34,251 nucleotides of DNA from Armatimonadota bacterium (GTDB lineage: Bacteria > Armatimonadota > Fimbriimonadia > Fimbriimonadales > GBS-DC), in the NCBI GenBank assembly GCA_037445735.1, contig JBBIJY010000016.1:20125-54375 (forward strand). The letters run 5' to 3'. A program made the position numbers and the translations under genes. A model generated the notes under the pieces. The model ran no database searches and was not told where the DNA came from. It was given only the letters and a program-made list of their open reading frames with translations. Positions 18,161 through 27,680 of the stretch are shown piece by piece. Numbering within the stretch: the stretch's first letter is position 1; the number at the start of each line of letters is the position of its first letter.

Positions 18161-18190
18161 ATTGTACCCTATCGAACCGTCGATTCGCAA
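18161..18190 (-). promoter_or_regulatory. Putative sigma70 promoter of rho
   Basis: Minus strand TTGCGA-N18-TACAAT, about 100 nt upstream of the chosen ATG. Confidence 0.55.
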
Positions 18191-18210
18191 CTCCTGTCGC
18201 TTTCCCTACT

Positions 18211-18996
18211 CTACTCGGGATCGTAATAGGTGTCGCCCGTGACGGGCAGGAACCAGCCAATCCGATGGCGAGCAGGGTTCGCACCGATATAGACTCCGCT
18301 GCGCTCGGTGGAGGTTCCCATTTTGAGCGGGCGCACATGCCCGTCGACAAAGGATACCTGCGTGACGCCATGATGCCGAAAATGCACGGACGGGTCTAAC
18401 GGGTAGACCGCGTTCGGCACGCGACTCAGCACATCGGGCGGCGCAATCAGAAAAGTGTACTCCGCCAGTCCTGTGCCGATGTCTAAGGCGCCATCGGCGA
18501 ACATCGCCGTCTCTGCCGGTTTCATAATCTCTGCTTCCGAGAGCGAGCTGTCATAGGCGGGCAGCCCTGGTGTATAGCCGATGAACCACAGGCGCGTGCC
18601 GACACCGATGTCGTTGTAGACATAGCCGCCCGTGCCGATGTCGAAACCCACCTGCGTCTCGAAGGTCGGGCAGCGCCTCAGCATGCCTCCATCCTTCATG
18701 TAGGGCACCAGCGGTCCGTCGCGCGGTTCGAACCGCCCGTCGCGATTGCGCACCCCGAACCAGCGGCGCTGGTCGCGCAGGAACTCGGGCGCAGCGGGCA
18801 CGAAATAGCCGTCCCAGTCGCCCGCATAGAGCCGGTTCGCCAGCGTGAGCTGACGCAGGTTGCTGATACACACGCTGCGTCTCCCCTGCTCTCTTGCCTG
18901 CGCCAGCACAGGCATCAATATGGCGGCTAAAACCGCCACAATCGCGATAGCCACCAGCAGCTCCACCAGCGTGAATGCTGCTCGCCATCGTCCCAT
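18211..18996 (-). CDS. Prepilin-type N-terminal cleavage/methylation protein, DUF1559-like, with H-X9-DG motif
   Basis: [60 protein letters not shown]. Confidence 0.9.
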   Translation of the reverse strand: MGRWRAAFTLVELLVAIAIVAVLAAILMPVLAQAREQGRRSVCISNLRQLTLANRLYAGDWDGYFVPAAPEFLRDQRRWFGVRNRDGRFEPRDGPLVPYMKDGGMLRRCPTFETQVGFDIGTGGYVYNDIGVGTRLWFIGYTPGLPAYDSSLSEAEIMKPAETAMFADGALDIGTGLAEYTFLIAPPDVLSRVPNAVYPLDPSVHFRHHGVTQVSFVDGHVRPLKMGTSTERSGVYIGANPARHRIGWFLPVTGDTYYDPE

Positions 18997-18997
18997 C

Positions 18998-20473
18998 CTA
19001 CCAACCGCCGCCAACCCCTGTGCCGGTGCCACCGCCAGGCACTCGAATCGGGTTCGATTCCACAAATGCATACAGCATGCGGTTGGAAGCCGACACATAA
19101 AGCACATCAACAGGAGGCGCTCCCTCTGGCTCAAAATGTGCCAGCACGGGCGAGACGCGGATGGCGGCGCCCAGATAGCGCATCCACAGGATCGACCCAT
19201 CCGGGTTGAGCGCATAGAGATAGCCCCGGTCGTCACCGATGAAGAGTCGCCCGTTCGCATCGATGGTCGGCGTGCAACGGCTCACATTGCGCAGCACACG
19301 CTGCCATTTGACCGTGCCGTCTGACGCTCGAATAGCCACCACCGCGCTGTTGTTGGGGCTGTTGCGCACAACCACATAGAGCGTCTCCTCGTTGCCGTTG
19401 TTCGGGTCGGGACCGACGGCGGGACCCGCCATGATGGGCTTGTTCAGCTCGGCAACCCAGAGCTTGGCAGGCGCCAGCGTGTCGATGGCGTAGACCCGCC
19501 CATAGTTGGTGGCACAGACAAACACCGTCTGGTTGTCTTCACTCATCACGGCAGGACGATCACAGATATCGCTGATGATGGGCGAAGAATCCTGTGGGTC
19601 GATCACGCTCAGATCTGCTAACGAGGTGAACCAGAGAACCGCTGGCGCGCCCAGCGCCATCATGTCATAGCAGATAATATGTCCTGAGTGATGCGTCGAA
19701 ATGGTTATATCGGAGTAGCCCGATGCACCCACAATGCTATAGACAGCTCCGGGTACAAAACCCAGCAGGTCAGGCAGATTCATGGGTGCATCTACATACA
19801 GGTAGGGGAAGCTCTCGTCAGTGTCCGCAATGACCACCCAGAAAACCATGATGGGGGTTACCAGACCAGTGTTGTCCCCGATGAGAATATAGCCGGAAAG
19901 ACCATCGGTGTAGGCAGTCAAGCCAGAGCGGTATGCAGGTATGCCTGCGCCAATCCAGTAGATGGGAGGCAGGCCCAGAATGGGATTTGGGCTGTAAACG
20001 AGAATGTCGTACTGTCCACCCGAAAGCACCAGCACAGGCCAATCACTTATCACATCGCTGAAGTCGCCCTGACTCGTGCGCACATACACCGCCGTGTTGA
20101 GAATGATAGGCGTTGAGGCTTGACCCCAATAGGGCCACACCGTACCCAGCAGGCTGCCACTAAGTCCAGCAACGATGCGGTAGTGTGTGTAGCGTGGATT
20201 ATTCGGGTATGGGTGTGTTGGGAACCAGAGCTGAGCGGCGTTGTCAACCATTGGCTCATCAATCAGCCCGCCGGGTAGAAACCAGAGCAGACGCGGATTG
20301 GTCGGACCCTGCGCGCCAAGGTGATAATGGCTGTTGCGCAGATCGTTGCCCCATTTGATCCACTGAAAATCGGGCATAAAGATGGAGTGCACAAAGGTCG
20401 CATCAAACTGAGCCTGTGCAATACCCTGCCCCACGATGACCAGACTGATAAGCATAACTTTAATCACTCGCAT
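18998..20473 (-). CDS. Secreted PQQ-like/BamB-like beta-propeller repeat protein
   Basis: SD aaggagg; signal peptide ending AQA; repeats [32 protein letters not shown]. Confidence 0.8.
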   Translation of the reverse strand: MRVIKVMLISLVIVGQGIAQAQFDATFVHSIFMPDFQWIKWGNDLRNSHYHLGAQGPTNPRLLWFLPGGLIDEPMVDNAAQLWFPTHPYPNNPRYTHYRIVAGLSGSLLGTVWPYWGQASTPIILNTAVYVRTSQGDFSDVISDWPVLVLSGGQYDILVYSPNPILGLPPIYWIGAGIPAYRSGLTAYTDGLSGYILIGDNTGLVTPIMVFWVVIADTDESFPYLYVDAPMNLPDLLGFVPGAVYSIVGASGYSDITISTHHSGHIICYDMMALGAPAVLWFTSLADLSVIDPQDSSPIISDICDRPAVMSEDNQTVFVCATNYGRVYAIDTLAPAKLWVAELNKPIMAGPAVGPDPNNGNEETLYVVVRNSPNNSAVVAIRASDGTVKWQRVLRNVSRCTPTIDANGRLFIGDDRGYLYALNPDGSILWMRYLGAAIRVSPVLAHFEPEGAPPVDVLYVSASNRMLYAFVESNPIRVPGGGTGTGVGGGW

Positions 20474-20486
20474 GGTATGACCTCCT

Positions 20487-21143
20487 TCACAGTGGCGGAA
20501 TGGCGCGCGCATGAGTATAGATATCACCCTGCACAACTACACCTGTGTAAGAGTAGGAGTAGTTGCCCTCGAGATATAGAAGGGTCCCTACTTGATCAGG
20601 GGGTGCACCCGGATTGGGGCGCTGGCTGGCACTCGGTTGATGATCCTCAATTAACAGGAATACAGTGCCCTGCTGTTCTACCTGGTTCGGCGGATTGTTG
20701 TTGTCGTATCGCAGGGCACGCGCACGGAACATGAGCACAGCCCCCTTCCCACCGCCTTGCAGATAGCCAACATTCATGAACTCCTGATTCTGAATGTTTG
20801 CGTCCGAACCATCCGCCGCGATCTGGATCATTGCGTTAGGTGAGGCTGGAGGAGGAGGTACTACACGAAAACGGAAATAGATGGCGTTATGAGTGAACCG
20901 TGATACCTCAAACATTTGCATTGCTCGTAATGCCATCTCCGCGTTAACGGGCCCACCTGGATTCGCTGCCAGACGGGCACCATCTATCATAAAGGGAGGC
21001 GGTCCGCCAGGGAACTCTGGATCACTGACAGGTCCGAACACTCGCGCGCCCATAAGCACCATCGGGCGCCCGCCAATCTGGGCAATCACGGGCAACATCA
21101 GCGCCGCGCTTGCTGCTATCGCTATCCCTATGGCTCGTCTCAT
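20487..21143 (-). CDS. Hypothetical secreted protein
   Basis: SD aaggagg; signal peptide MRRAIGIAIAASAALMLPVIA-Q; TATAAT at 21211-21216 (minus strand) upstream. Confidence 0.78.
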   Translation of the reverse strand: MRRAIGIAIAASAALMLPVIAQIGGRPMVLMGARVFGPVSDPEFPGGPPPFMIDGARLAANPGGPVNAEMALRAMQMFEVSRFTHNAIYFRFRVVPPPPASPNAMIQIAADGSDANIQNQEFMNVGYLQGGGKGAVLMFRARALRYDNNNPPNQVEQQGTVFLLIEDHQPSASQRPNPGAPPDQVGTLLYLEGNYSYSYTGVVVQGDIYTHARAIPPL

Positions 21144-21316
21144 CTCAAAACCTCCTTCTTCCCGATTCGGGAATATGCTCGCGATTCCTGCTTAGCTGCG
21201 AGCGATTTCGATTATACCCGTATATTAGACAGGTAAAGCCCGATTCAGGTTTCGCTGCCCGATGGATCGATATCGTGGCAGGAACGCTTTGTCCTGTCGC
21301 GAATCCCCTTTTGGCG

Positions 21317-22567
21317 ATGAGCGAGCGGTTGAGAATCGGCTTTGTGGGCAGCGGGTTTGTGGCGCGGTTCCACGCGCAGGCGTTTGCGCAGGTGCGCGAC
21401 GCCGAGATTGTGGCGATAGCGAGCCGCAACATGCAGAGCGCGGGCGAGCTGGCAGCATTCTGCCGTGAGCTGGGCGTCGGTGACCCTCAGCTCTACACCG
21501 ATGTGCGCGAAATGGTGCGCGATCCGAATGTGGATGCCGTCTGGCTGCTGGCGCCCAACTACCTGCGCGTGGAACAGATCGAAGCGATTGCCGATGAGGT
21601 GCGTGGCGGACGCGCCCAGCTCAAAGGGCTTGCCGTCGAGAAGCCGCTGGCACGCAACCTTGCGGAAGCCCGCCAGATCGTGCAGGCGGTCGAATCGGCA
21701 GGCATCCCGCATGGCTATCTGGAGAACCAGCTGTTTGCGCCTGCGGTCGTGCGCGGCAGGGAGTTGCTCTGGCAGCGCGGGGCAGCGATTGCGGGCGAGC
21801 CGTATCTGGCTCGCTGCGCTGAAGAGCATAGCGGTCCGCACCGTGCATGGTTCTGGCGGGGCGATTTGCAGGGTGGCGGCGTGCTGAACGATATGCTCTG
21901 CCACAGTGCCGCCGCGGGCTGGTTCCTGCTCACACCGCCTGACCAGCCGCTGAGCGCACTCAAGCCCCTCTCCGTCACCGCCCAGATTGCCACGCTCAAA
22001 TGGACGCGCCCCGAATATGCCCGCCGCCTGCGCGAAACCTATGCCCACGAGATGGAGGTGGACTACACGCGCCATCCCGCCGAAGACTACGCCGCCGCCC
22101 GAATCGCCTTCGAAACACCCTTAGGCAACCTCGCGCTGGTGGAAGCGACCACCTCGTGGTGCTTCGTGGGACCCGGCTTGCGCCTCACCTTTGAGGTGCT
22201 GGGACCCGAATATATGCTGGCTATCAACACGCTCGCGGGCGAAGGCACTATCTTCTTCAGCCGCCAGGTTCAGGGCACGGCGGGCGAAGACCTGGTGGAG
22301 AAGCAGAACGCCGAGCAGGGTCTGATGCCCTATCTCGCTGATGAAGCGCACACTTACGGCTATATCGCGGAAGATGCGCATTTTGTGCGCTGCTTCCTGA
22401 AGGGCGAGCAACCGCGCTGCACCCTGCACGACGGCGCCCGCATCACCGAACTGCTGATGGCAGCCTATCGGAGCGCGGAGGAGCGCCGCGCCGTCGACCT
22501 CCCCTGCCCCGACCTGGAAACCTTTATCCCCGCCGTCGCCCAGGGGCAATGGACACGGCGGATTTGA
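21317..22567 (+). CDS. Gfo/Idh/MocA family oxidoreductase
   Basis: LRIGFVGSGFVARFH Rossmann motif, VEKPLA, GGGVLNDMLCH. Confidence 0.92.
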   Translation: MSERLRIGFVGSGFVARFHAQAFAQVRDAEIVAIASRNMQSAGELAAFCRELGVGDPQLYTDVREMVRDPNVDAVWLLAPNYLRVEQIEAIADEVRGGRAQLKGLAVEKPLARNLAEARQIVQAVESAGIPHGYLENQLFAPAVVRGRELLWQRGAAIAGEPYLARCAEEHSGPHRAWFWRGDLQGGGVLNDMLCHSAAAGWFLLTPPDQPLSALKPLSVTAQIATLKWTRPEYARRLRETYAHEMEVDYTRHPAEDYAAARIAFETPLGNLALVEATTSWCFVGPGLRLTFEVLGPEYMLAINTLAGEGTIFFSRQVQGTAGEDLVEKQNAEQGLMPYLADEAHTYGYIAEDAHFVRCFLKGEQPRCTLHDGARITELLMAAYRSAEERRAVDLPCPDLETFIPAVAQGQWTRRI

Positions 22568-22604
22568 AAACGCCAGCACGCGCTTGTATGGTATAATCGA
22601 TACG

Positions 22605-22886
22605 ATGGCTGCTGGTACACAATTCAGGCGAACGGTGTCGTTGTCGGAATATATCGAAGAAGCCGCGCGCCGAGCGGTGGTAACCTGTGAAGAGGACGGC
22701 TGCACGGCAGTTGTGCCCTCTTTGCCAGGATGTATCAGCTGTGGCGACACCCCGGAGGAAGCCCTGAACAATCTACGCGACGCCATAGAGGCGTGGGTGC
22801 TGACTGCCATCCGCTTCGGCGATCCTGTCCCCGACCTAGACGAAATAGGTCTTGCCTATACCGCGCCAACCGAATGCCCAAGCTAA
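22605..22886 (+). CDS. hicB: HicB-family antitoxin (short form)
   Basis: EEDG..AVVPSLPGCISCGDTPEEALNNLRDAIEAW; adjacent to hicA. Confidence 0.88.
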   Translation: MAAGTQFRRTVSLSEYIEEAARRAVVTCEEDGCTAVVPSLPGCISCGDTPEEALNNLRDAIEAWVLTAIRFGDPVPDLDEIGLAYTAPTECPS

Positions 22887-23098
22887 CCCCTATTCCGGCA
22901 CGAGAAGCTATACGCAGGCTTCGCCAGCTGGGTTTCGAAGGTCCTTTCGGTGGTGGAAAGCATGCGGTCATGCGTCACCCCGAAACGGGTGTGAAAATCT
23001 CTATCCCGATCCACTCAGGCCGCGATTTGCCTGTTGGCACGCTTCGCGCCATTGTCAGGGAGGCAGGCGTCTCCATCGAAGAGTGGGAACAACTTTAG
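22874..23098 (+). CDS. hicA: HicA-family mRNA interferase toxin
   Basis: 74 aa; L.QLGF....GGKH..MRHP....ISIPIH..RDLP.GTL.AI. Confidence 0.9.
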   Translation: MPKLTPIPAREAIRRLRQLGFEGPFGGGKHAVMRHPETGVKISIPIHSGRDLPVGTLRAIVREAGVSIEEWEQL

Positions 23099-23106
23099 CC
23101 AATCCA

Positions 23107-24180
23107 TTAACGGATCAGCTTTCCAGTAACTAACTTATAAATATCCAGCGAGAACACGGTCAGGAAGATAGCCAGCACGATTATCAGCCCGATCGCCTGC
23201 ACGCGCGCCATCGCCTCCGCGCTCAGCTGCCGTCGCCGAATTGCCTCCACCAGAAAGATGAGCAGATAGCCCCCGTCCAGTATCGGGATGGGCAGCAGGT
23301 TAATCACGCCCAGCATGGTGCTGAGCGCGGCGGCGAAGTCAACCACCTCTGCGAAGCCCAGTCTGGCTGTCGCGCTGGTCGCGCTGGCGATGGAGATGAT
23401 GCTCCCCACCTCGTGGATATTGCCCTGTCCGAAAATCAGTCGTCGCAGGCTGTCCACGATGCCCACTGTTATCGTTACGGTCAGCAGCGCCCCGCGTTTC
23501 AGCACCGTGCCCACTGGTTCGCGTCTGCGCTCCGATTTCCAGACCACGCCGATGCGCCCAATCTTCTCCTTCTTCCCCTTCCCCGTCTCCACCGCTTCGA
23601 GGCGTGGCGTCACGGTCAGGTTCAAAATCTGTCCATCGCGGCGGATGGTCAGGCGCAGGGGTTTGTTCGCGCTCGCACGAATGATTTTGGATACCTGCTC
23701 AGTGGTTGTTACAGGGTGATTATCCACCGCGATCAGCACATCGCCGATTCGCAGACCCGCCTTTTGCGCGGGCGAATCGGGCTGAACGAAGTGGATGCGA
23801 GGTGTACTTTTATCTGACGGTAGCCCTGCGATCAGCCCCACCATCACAAACAGAATGAACCCCAGCAGGATGCTCGCCACGGGTCCCGCCAGCACCGTGA
23901 GGAACCGCATATAGAGTGGTCGCGCCGCAAAGCTGTTCGGATGCTGCGTCTCCTCGGGCAGCATGCCCGCAATCCGTACGAACCCGCCTAACGGCAGCCA
24001 GCGAATCGTGTACAGGGTTCCATCCCGATCCCGACCCAGGCGCACCAGAATCGGACCGATGCCTATCGCGAACTCCTCCACCATCATGCGGAAGCGTTTC
24101 GCCATCCACATATGCCCGAACTCGTGCGCTGCCACCAGCAGCGTGAATATCGCGATCAAATAGATTGCCGTCAGTATCAT
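23107..24180 (-). CDS. rseP: RIP metalloprotease RseP (M50, PDZ)
   Basis: HEFGH, PLGGFV, AGP, PDZ (SPAQKAGLRIGD), NLLPIPILDGG; follows dxr. Confidence 0.95.
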   Translation of the reverse strand: MILTAIYLIAIFTLLVAAHEFGHMWMAKRFRMMVEEFAIGIGPILVRLGRDRDGTLYTIRWLPLGGFVRIAGMLPEETQHPNSFAARPLYMRFLTVLAGPVASILLGFILFVMVGLIAGLPSDKSTPRIHFVQPDSPAQKAGLRIGDVLIAVDNHPVTTTEQVSKIIRASANKPLRLTIRRDGQILNLTVTPRLEAVETGKGKKEKIGRIGVVWKSERRREPVGTVLKRGALLTVTITVGIVDSLRRLIFGQGNIHEVGSIISIASATSATARLGFAEVVDFAAALSTMLGVINLLPIPILDGGYLLIFLVEAIRRRQLSAEAMARVQAIGLIIVLAIFLTVFSLDIYKLVTGKLIR

Positions 24181-24181
24181 C

Positions 24182-25351
24182 TCAGTTGTTGACCTCCGTC
24201 AGTTTCGCCTGATGTTGCACATAGTCGCGTGCCCACTGGTCGGCGTGCAGCACTGCTTCCAGGCATGCGGCTTCGGGGTGATGAGCCGACATCGCCCGCT
24301 CCACCAGATGCGCAATCGCCGTGAAGGGTATCCGCTCCTGCAGGAAGAGTTGCACGGCGACCTCGTTTGCGGCGTTCAGCACGGCGGGCATCGTGCCCCC
24401 TATCCGTGCCGCCTCGTACGCCAGTCGTAAACAGGGATAGCGCGCCGCATCCGGCGGTTCGAACTCCAGCGTTCTCACCTGCTCCAGTCGCAGGCGCGGC
24501 AAATCGGTGTCCACCCGCTCCGGGTACAGCAGGGCGTACTGGATGGGCAGGCGCATGTCGGGCAAGCTCATCTGCGCCAGCACCGAGCCATCTTTCAGCT
24601 CCACCAGCGCATGCACGATGCTCTGCGGATGCACCAGCACCTCGATGCGTTCGATGGGCAAGCCGAACAGCCAGTGCGCCTCAATCACCTCCAGACCCTT
24701 GTTCATCATGGTGGCAGAATCGACGGTGATTTTGGGTCCCATGCGCCAGTTGGGGTGCTGAAGCGCTTCCTGCACGGTGATGCGCTCAAAGGTGTCCAGC
24801 GGTCGCTGGCGGAACGGTCCGCCCGATGCGGTCAGCACCAGTCGCGCCACCGCCTCTGGACGCTGATGCTGCAGAATCTGGAACGCGCCTGAATGCTCGC
24901 TGTCGATGGGCAGAATGGGCACATTGCAAGCGCGGGCAGCGTTCATCACGCACTCCCCTGCCCCCACCAGCACCTCTTTGGTGGAGAGCGCGAGGGTCTT
25001 CCCTGCCCCGATCGCAGCGAGCGTCGGCTTGAGCGCAATCATGCCCGCAAGCGCAACCACCACCAGATCGATATTCGGCTGACGCACCAGCTCGCATAAC
25101 CCTTCCACCCCCATGTAGAGCCGCTTTCCTGCCCTGTTGAGCGATTCGGCAATCTCGCGCTCTGCATTCTCTGGCAAACCGAGCAATCCCAGTTGCTCCA
25201 CGCCGAACTCGGACGCCTGCTCCATCAGCAATTGCCAGTTGCTGTTCGCTGCCAGCGCCACGACCTGCAGTCGATCAGGAAGGCGACGCATCACATCCAG
25301 CGTCTGCCGACCGATGGAGCCTGTGGAACCCAGTATCGCCACCCGCTTCAT
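24182..25351 (-). CDS. dxr: 1-deoxy-D-xylulose 5-phosphate reductoisomerase
   Basis: ILGSTGSIG, LPIDSEH, LTASGGPF, HPNWRMGPKITVDSATMMNKGLEVIEA. Confidence 0.98.
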   Translation of the reverse strand: MKRVAILGSTGSIGRQTLDVMRRLPDRLQVVALAANSNWQLLMEQASEFGVEQLGLLGLPENAEREIAESLNRAGKRLYMGVEGLCELVRQPNIDLVVVALAGMIALKPTLAAIGAGKTLALSTKEVLVGAGECVMNAARACNVPILPIDSEHSGAFQILQHQRPEAVARLVLTASGGPFRQRPLDTFERITVQEALQHPNWRMGPKITVDSATMMNKGLEVIEAHWLFGLPIERIEVLVHPQSIVHALVELKDGSVLAQMSLPDMRLPIQYALLYPERVDTDLPRLRLEQVRTLEFEPPDAARYPCLRLAYEAARIGGTMPAVLNAANEVAVQLFLQERIPFTAIAHLVERAMSAHHPEAACLEAVLHADQWARDYVQHQAKLTEVNN

Positions 25352-25422
25352 GCAACCTGAAATATACCCCATGGGGCATGGTATCCTATAATCAGTGGAC
25401 TTCCGAGTTCACAGGTGGCAAG

Positions 25423-25728
25423 ATGAGCGTCAGGATAAGCATGCCGCGTGCAGCGATTAGAGAGTTTTGTCGCCGAAACCGCGTTCGGCGGCTGGCTCTG
25501 TTCGGCTCTGTTCTGCGCGACGACTTCACCCCAGCAAGCGATGTGGATATGCTGATCGAGTTCGAATCAGGCGTCCGCATCGGACTGATAGGGTTAATCC
25601 GGCTGGAGAATGAGCTAAGCCGGATTGTCGGCAGAAAGGTCGATCTTCGCACGCCGCAGGACCTTAGCCCCCTTTTTCGGGAAGAGGTTCTTAAAGAGAT
25701 TGAGGTGATCTATGAGCAAGCAGGATGA
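25423..25728 (+). CDS. Minimal nucleotidyltransferase (MNT) antitoxin
   Basis: LFGSVLRDDFTPASDVD (GS-X10-DXD), GRKVDL. Confidence 0.9.
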   Translation: MSVRISMPRAAIREFCRRNRVRRLALFGSVLRDDFTPASDVDMLIEFESGVRIGLIGLIRLENELSRIVGRKVDLRTPQDLSPLFREEVLKEIEVIYEQAG

Positions 25729-26056
25729 TGCTCTCAGTATGAAACATATGCTGTACCACGCTCGTGAGGCTTTGGCTATGGTAGAAGGCAGACAGCGTGG
25801 CGACCTCGACACCGATCGTATGCTGGAGCTGGCGTTGACTCGTCTGATAGAAATTATTGGTGAAGCCGCATCGCGCGTATCGGATCAAACCCGTCGCAAG
25901 TACCCAGAAATTCCTTGGGCTGAAATAGTGGGAATGCGCCATCGCCTGATTCACGGCTATGACGCGGTTAACCTCGACATCCTCTGGGATACTGTGCAGA
26001 TAGATCTGCCTCCTCTGATAGCTCGATTAGAAAGCATTCTGGGTGAAGGGGGCTAA
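25712..26056 (+). CDS. HEPN (DUF86) ribonuclease toxin
   Basis: EIIGEAA, PEIPW, MRHRLIHGY (R-X4-H); overlaps MNT by 17 nt. Confidence 0.9.
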   Translation: MSKQDDALSMKHMLYHAREALAMVEGRQRGDLDTDRMLELALTRLIEIIGEAASRVSDQTRRKYPEIPWAEIVGMRHRLIHGYDAVNLDILWDTVQIDLPPLIARLESILGEGG

Positions 26057-26080
26057 GATTGTGAACTTTTTCACAACCCC

Positions 26081-26111
26081 TTGACAGGAGGGGGTCTTTT
26101 GCGGGTACAAT
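26081..26111 (+). promoter_or_regulatory. Putative sigma70 promoter of ctaB-cox3-SCO
   Basis: TTGACA-N19-TACAAT, ending 10 nt before the ATG (spacer is long). Confidence 0.5.
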
Positions 26112-26121
26112 CGGGCTGACG

Positions 26122-27033
26122 ATGAAGACGGCTTTGAAAACAGTTGCCCTGCCCGCGCTCTGGGCGCCCGCCTTCGAGAAGCTCGGCGCGTACTGGCTGC
26201 TCAGCAAACCGCGCGTGACGCTGCTGGTGTGGCTCAGCACGGCGGCAGGGCTGATGCTGGGCGCGGCGGGACATCCCGTCGGCGCAGGACTGATCACAGC
26301 TACCCTGCTCGGTTCATGGCTGGTGGTCGCCTCCGCCAACGCCTTCAATCAGACCCTTGAGTGGGCAACGGACGCGCAGATGGAGCGCACGGCGTCGCGC
26401 CCCATCCCCACAGGCAGAGTGGCGGTGTGGGAGGGCTGGCTGATTGCGATTGTGTGGGGCGTGGTGGGCGTGCTGGTGCTGATGCTTTTTACGAATCCCT
26501 GGGTGGCGCTGCTGGGCGCGCTGTCGATCGCACTCTACGCCTTCGGCTATACACCGCTGAAGCGACGCACGCCGCTCTGCACGGTGGTGGGCGCGATACC
26601 GGGCGCGGTGCCGCCTTTAGCGGGCTGGCTCGCTGCCACCGGTCAAATCACGCCCCCTGCCCTGCTCCTGTTCGCCCTGCAGTTCGTCTGGCAGTTCCCT
26701 CACCTGTGGGCAATCGCGTGGTTCAATCACGAGGACTACCAGCGTGTGGGCATTCGGCTGTTGCCAGCACGCTCGCCGAAGCGCGTCGCGTTGCTCACCC
26801 TGCTCGCGACGCTGGCGATGGTCGCTGTCAGCCTGCTGATGCTGCCCTATCTGCGCAATCCTCTACCCTATCTGTTCACCGCGTTGCTGCTGGGCGCGGC
26901 ACACCTGCGATTCTCGATGAACTTTTATCGTAATCCGAATCGGCAGACGGCACGAGGTGTGCTGTTTGCCTCCGTGCTGTATCTGCCGCTGTTGCTGGTT
27001 GGGCTGCTGTTGACCCATTCGTGGAGAGGTTGA
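26122..27033 (+). CDS. ctaB: Protoheme IX farnesyltransferase (heme o synthase)
   Basis: LSKPRV, NAFNQ..E..D..MERT..RPIPTG, YTPLKR, GAIPGAVPPL.GW, WQFPH. Confidence 0.95.
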   Translation: MKTALKTVALPALWAPAFEKLGAYWLLSKPRVTLLVWLSTAAGLMLGAAGHPVGAGLITATLLGSWLVVASANAFNQTLEWATDAQMERTASRPIPTGRVAVWEGWLIAIVWGVVGVLVLMLFTNPWVALLGALSIALYAFGYTPLKRRTPLCTVVGAIPGAVPPLAGWLAATGQITPPALLLFALQFVWQFPHLWAIAWFNHEDYQRVGIRLLPARSPKRVALLTLLATLAMVAVSLLMLPYLRNPLPYLFTALLLGAAHLRFSMNFYRNPNRQTARGVLFASVLYLPLLLVGLLLTHSWRG

Positions 27034-27038
27034 TCGCT

Positions 27039-27674
27039 ATGGCGAAGACCAGAGTGCGCAATCGATCGTCGCTGCGCGATCGGGGCGTCGGCGATGTGCG
27101 ACCGCCTTATCGATTCGATGGGGGCGAAGGCAGCGAATCGGGCGGCGACCCGCAGAGCATGGTGCGGCTGGGCATGAAGATGTTTCTGGTCGCCATCACG
27201 ATGATGTTCGCTGCGCTGGCGGCTATCTATCTGGTGCGGCTGCCCGTGCGTGCCGATTTTCCGTTCGAGCTGCCGCGCGTGTGCTGGTTCAGCACAGGGG
27301 TGCTTCTCATCAGCAGCTTGAGCATGCAGGCGGCTCTGAAGGCGGCACAGCGTCAGCAGCTGATGGCTCTGCGTCGGTGGCTCGCGCTCACCTTCGCGCT
27401 CGGCTGGCTCTTTCTGATGCTCCAGCTCGCGGGCTGGTTGAGCCTGCATCAGGGTGCGCGGGTGAACCTTTACAGCGGGCTGTTCTATCTGTTCACGGGT
27501 CTGCACGGGCTGCACCTGCTGGGCGGGCTGGTGTTCCTTGCCTGGTTGCTCTATCGGGCGATGCGCTCCCCTGCCCCGCCCGTCGACCTGTTGCCCATCG
27601 AGATGGGCGCGCTCTACTGGCACTTTCTGGACGCGCTCTGGGTCGCGCTATTCGCGCTGATGCATGTGAGGTGA
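27039..27674 (+). CDS. Heme-copper (cytochrome c) oxidase subunit III-like protein, short 5-TM form
   Basis: LLISSLSM, FYLFTGLHGLHLLGG, YWHFLD.LW..LF. Confidence 0.85.
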   Translation: MAKTRVRNRSSLRDRGVGDVRPPYRFDGGEGSESGGDPQSMVRLGMKMFLVAITMMFAALAAIYLVRLPVRADFPFELPRVCWFSTGVLLISSLSMQAALKAAQRQQLMALRRWLALTFALGWLFLMLQLAGWLSLHQGARVNLYSGLFYLFTGLHGLHLLGGLVFLAWLLYRAMRSPAPPVDLLPIEMGALYWHFLDALWVALFALMHVR

Positions 27675-27680
27675 GCCGTT

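Noticed and set aside
18997..19260. N-terminal extensions in the ORF track (prepilin-like to 19260; likewise rho to 18190, flgD to 9292, flgE to 8808, DUF4350-like to 13369, oxidoreductase from 21110)
   Set aside because: They overlap neighbouring genes or promoters; downstream starts fit SD sites and family N-termini better.
18211..21143. Diversity-generating retroelement acting on surface proteins
   Set aside because: No reverse transcriptase and no template/variable repeat pair noticed.
22605..26056. TA-flanked mobile element carrying dxr-rseP
   Set aside because: No transposase, integrase, terminal repeats or target duplication seen; dxr-rseP is a standard chromosomal pair.
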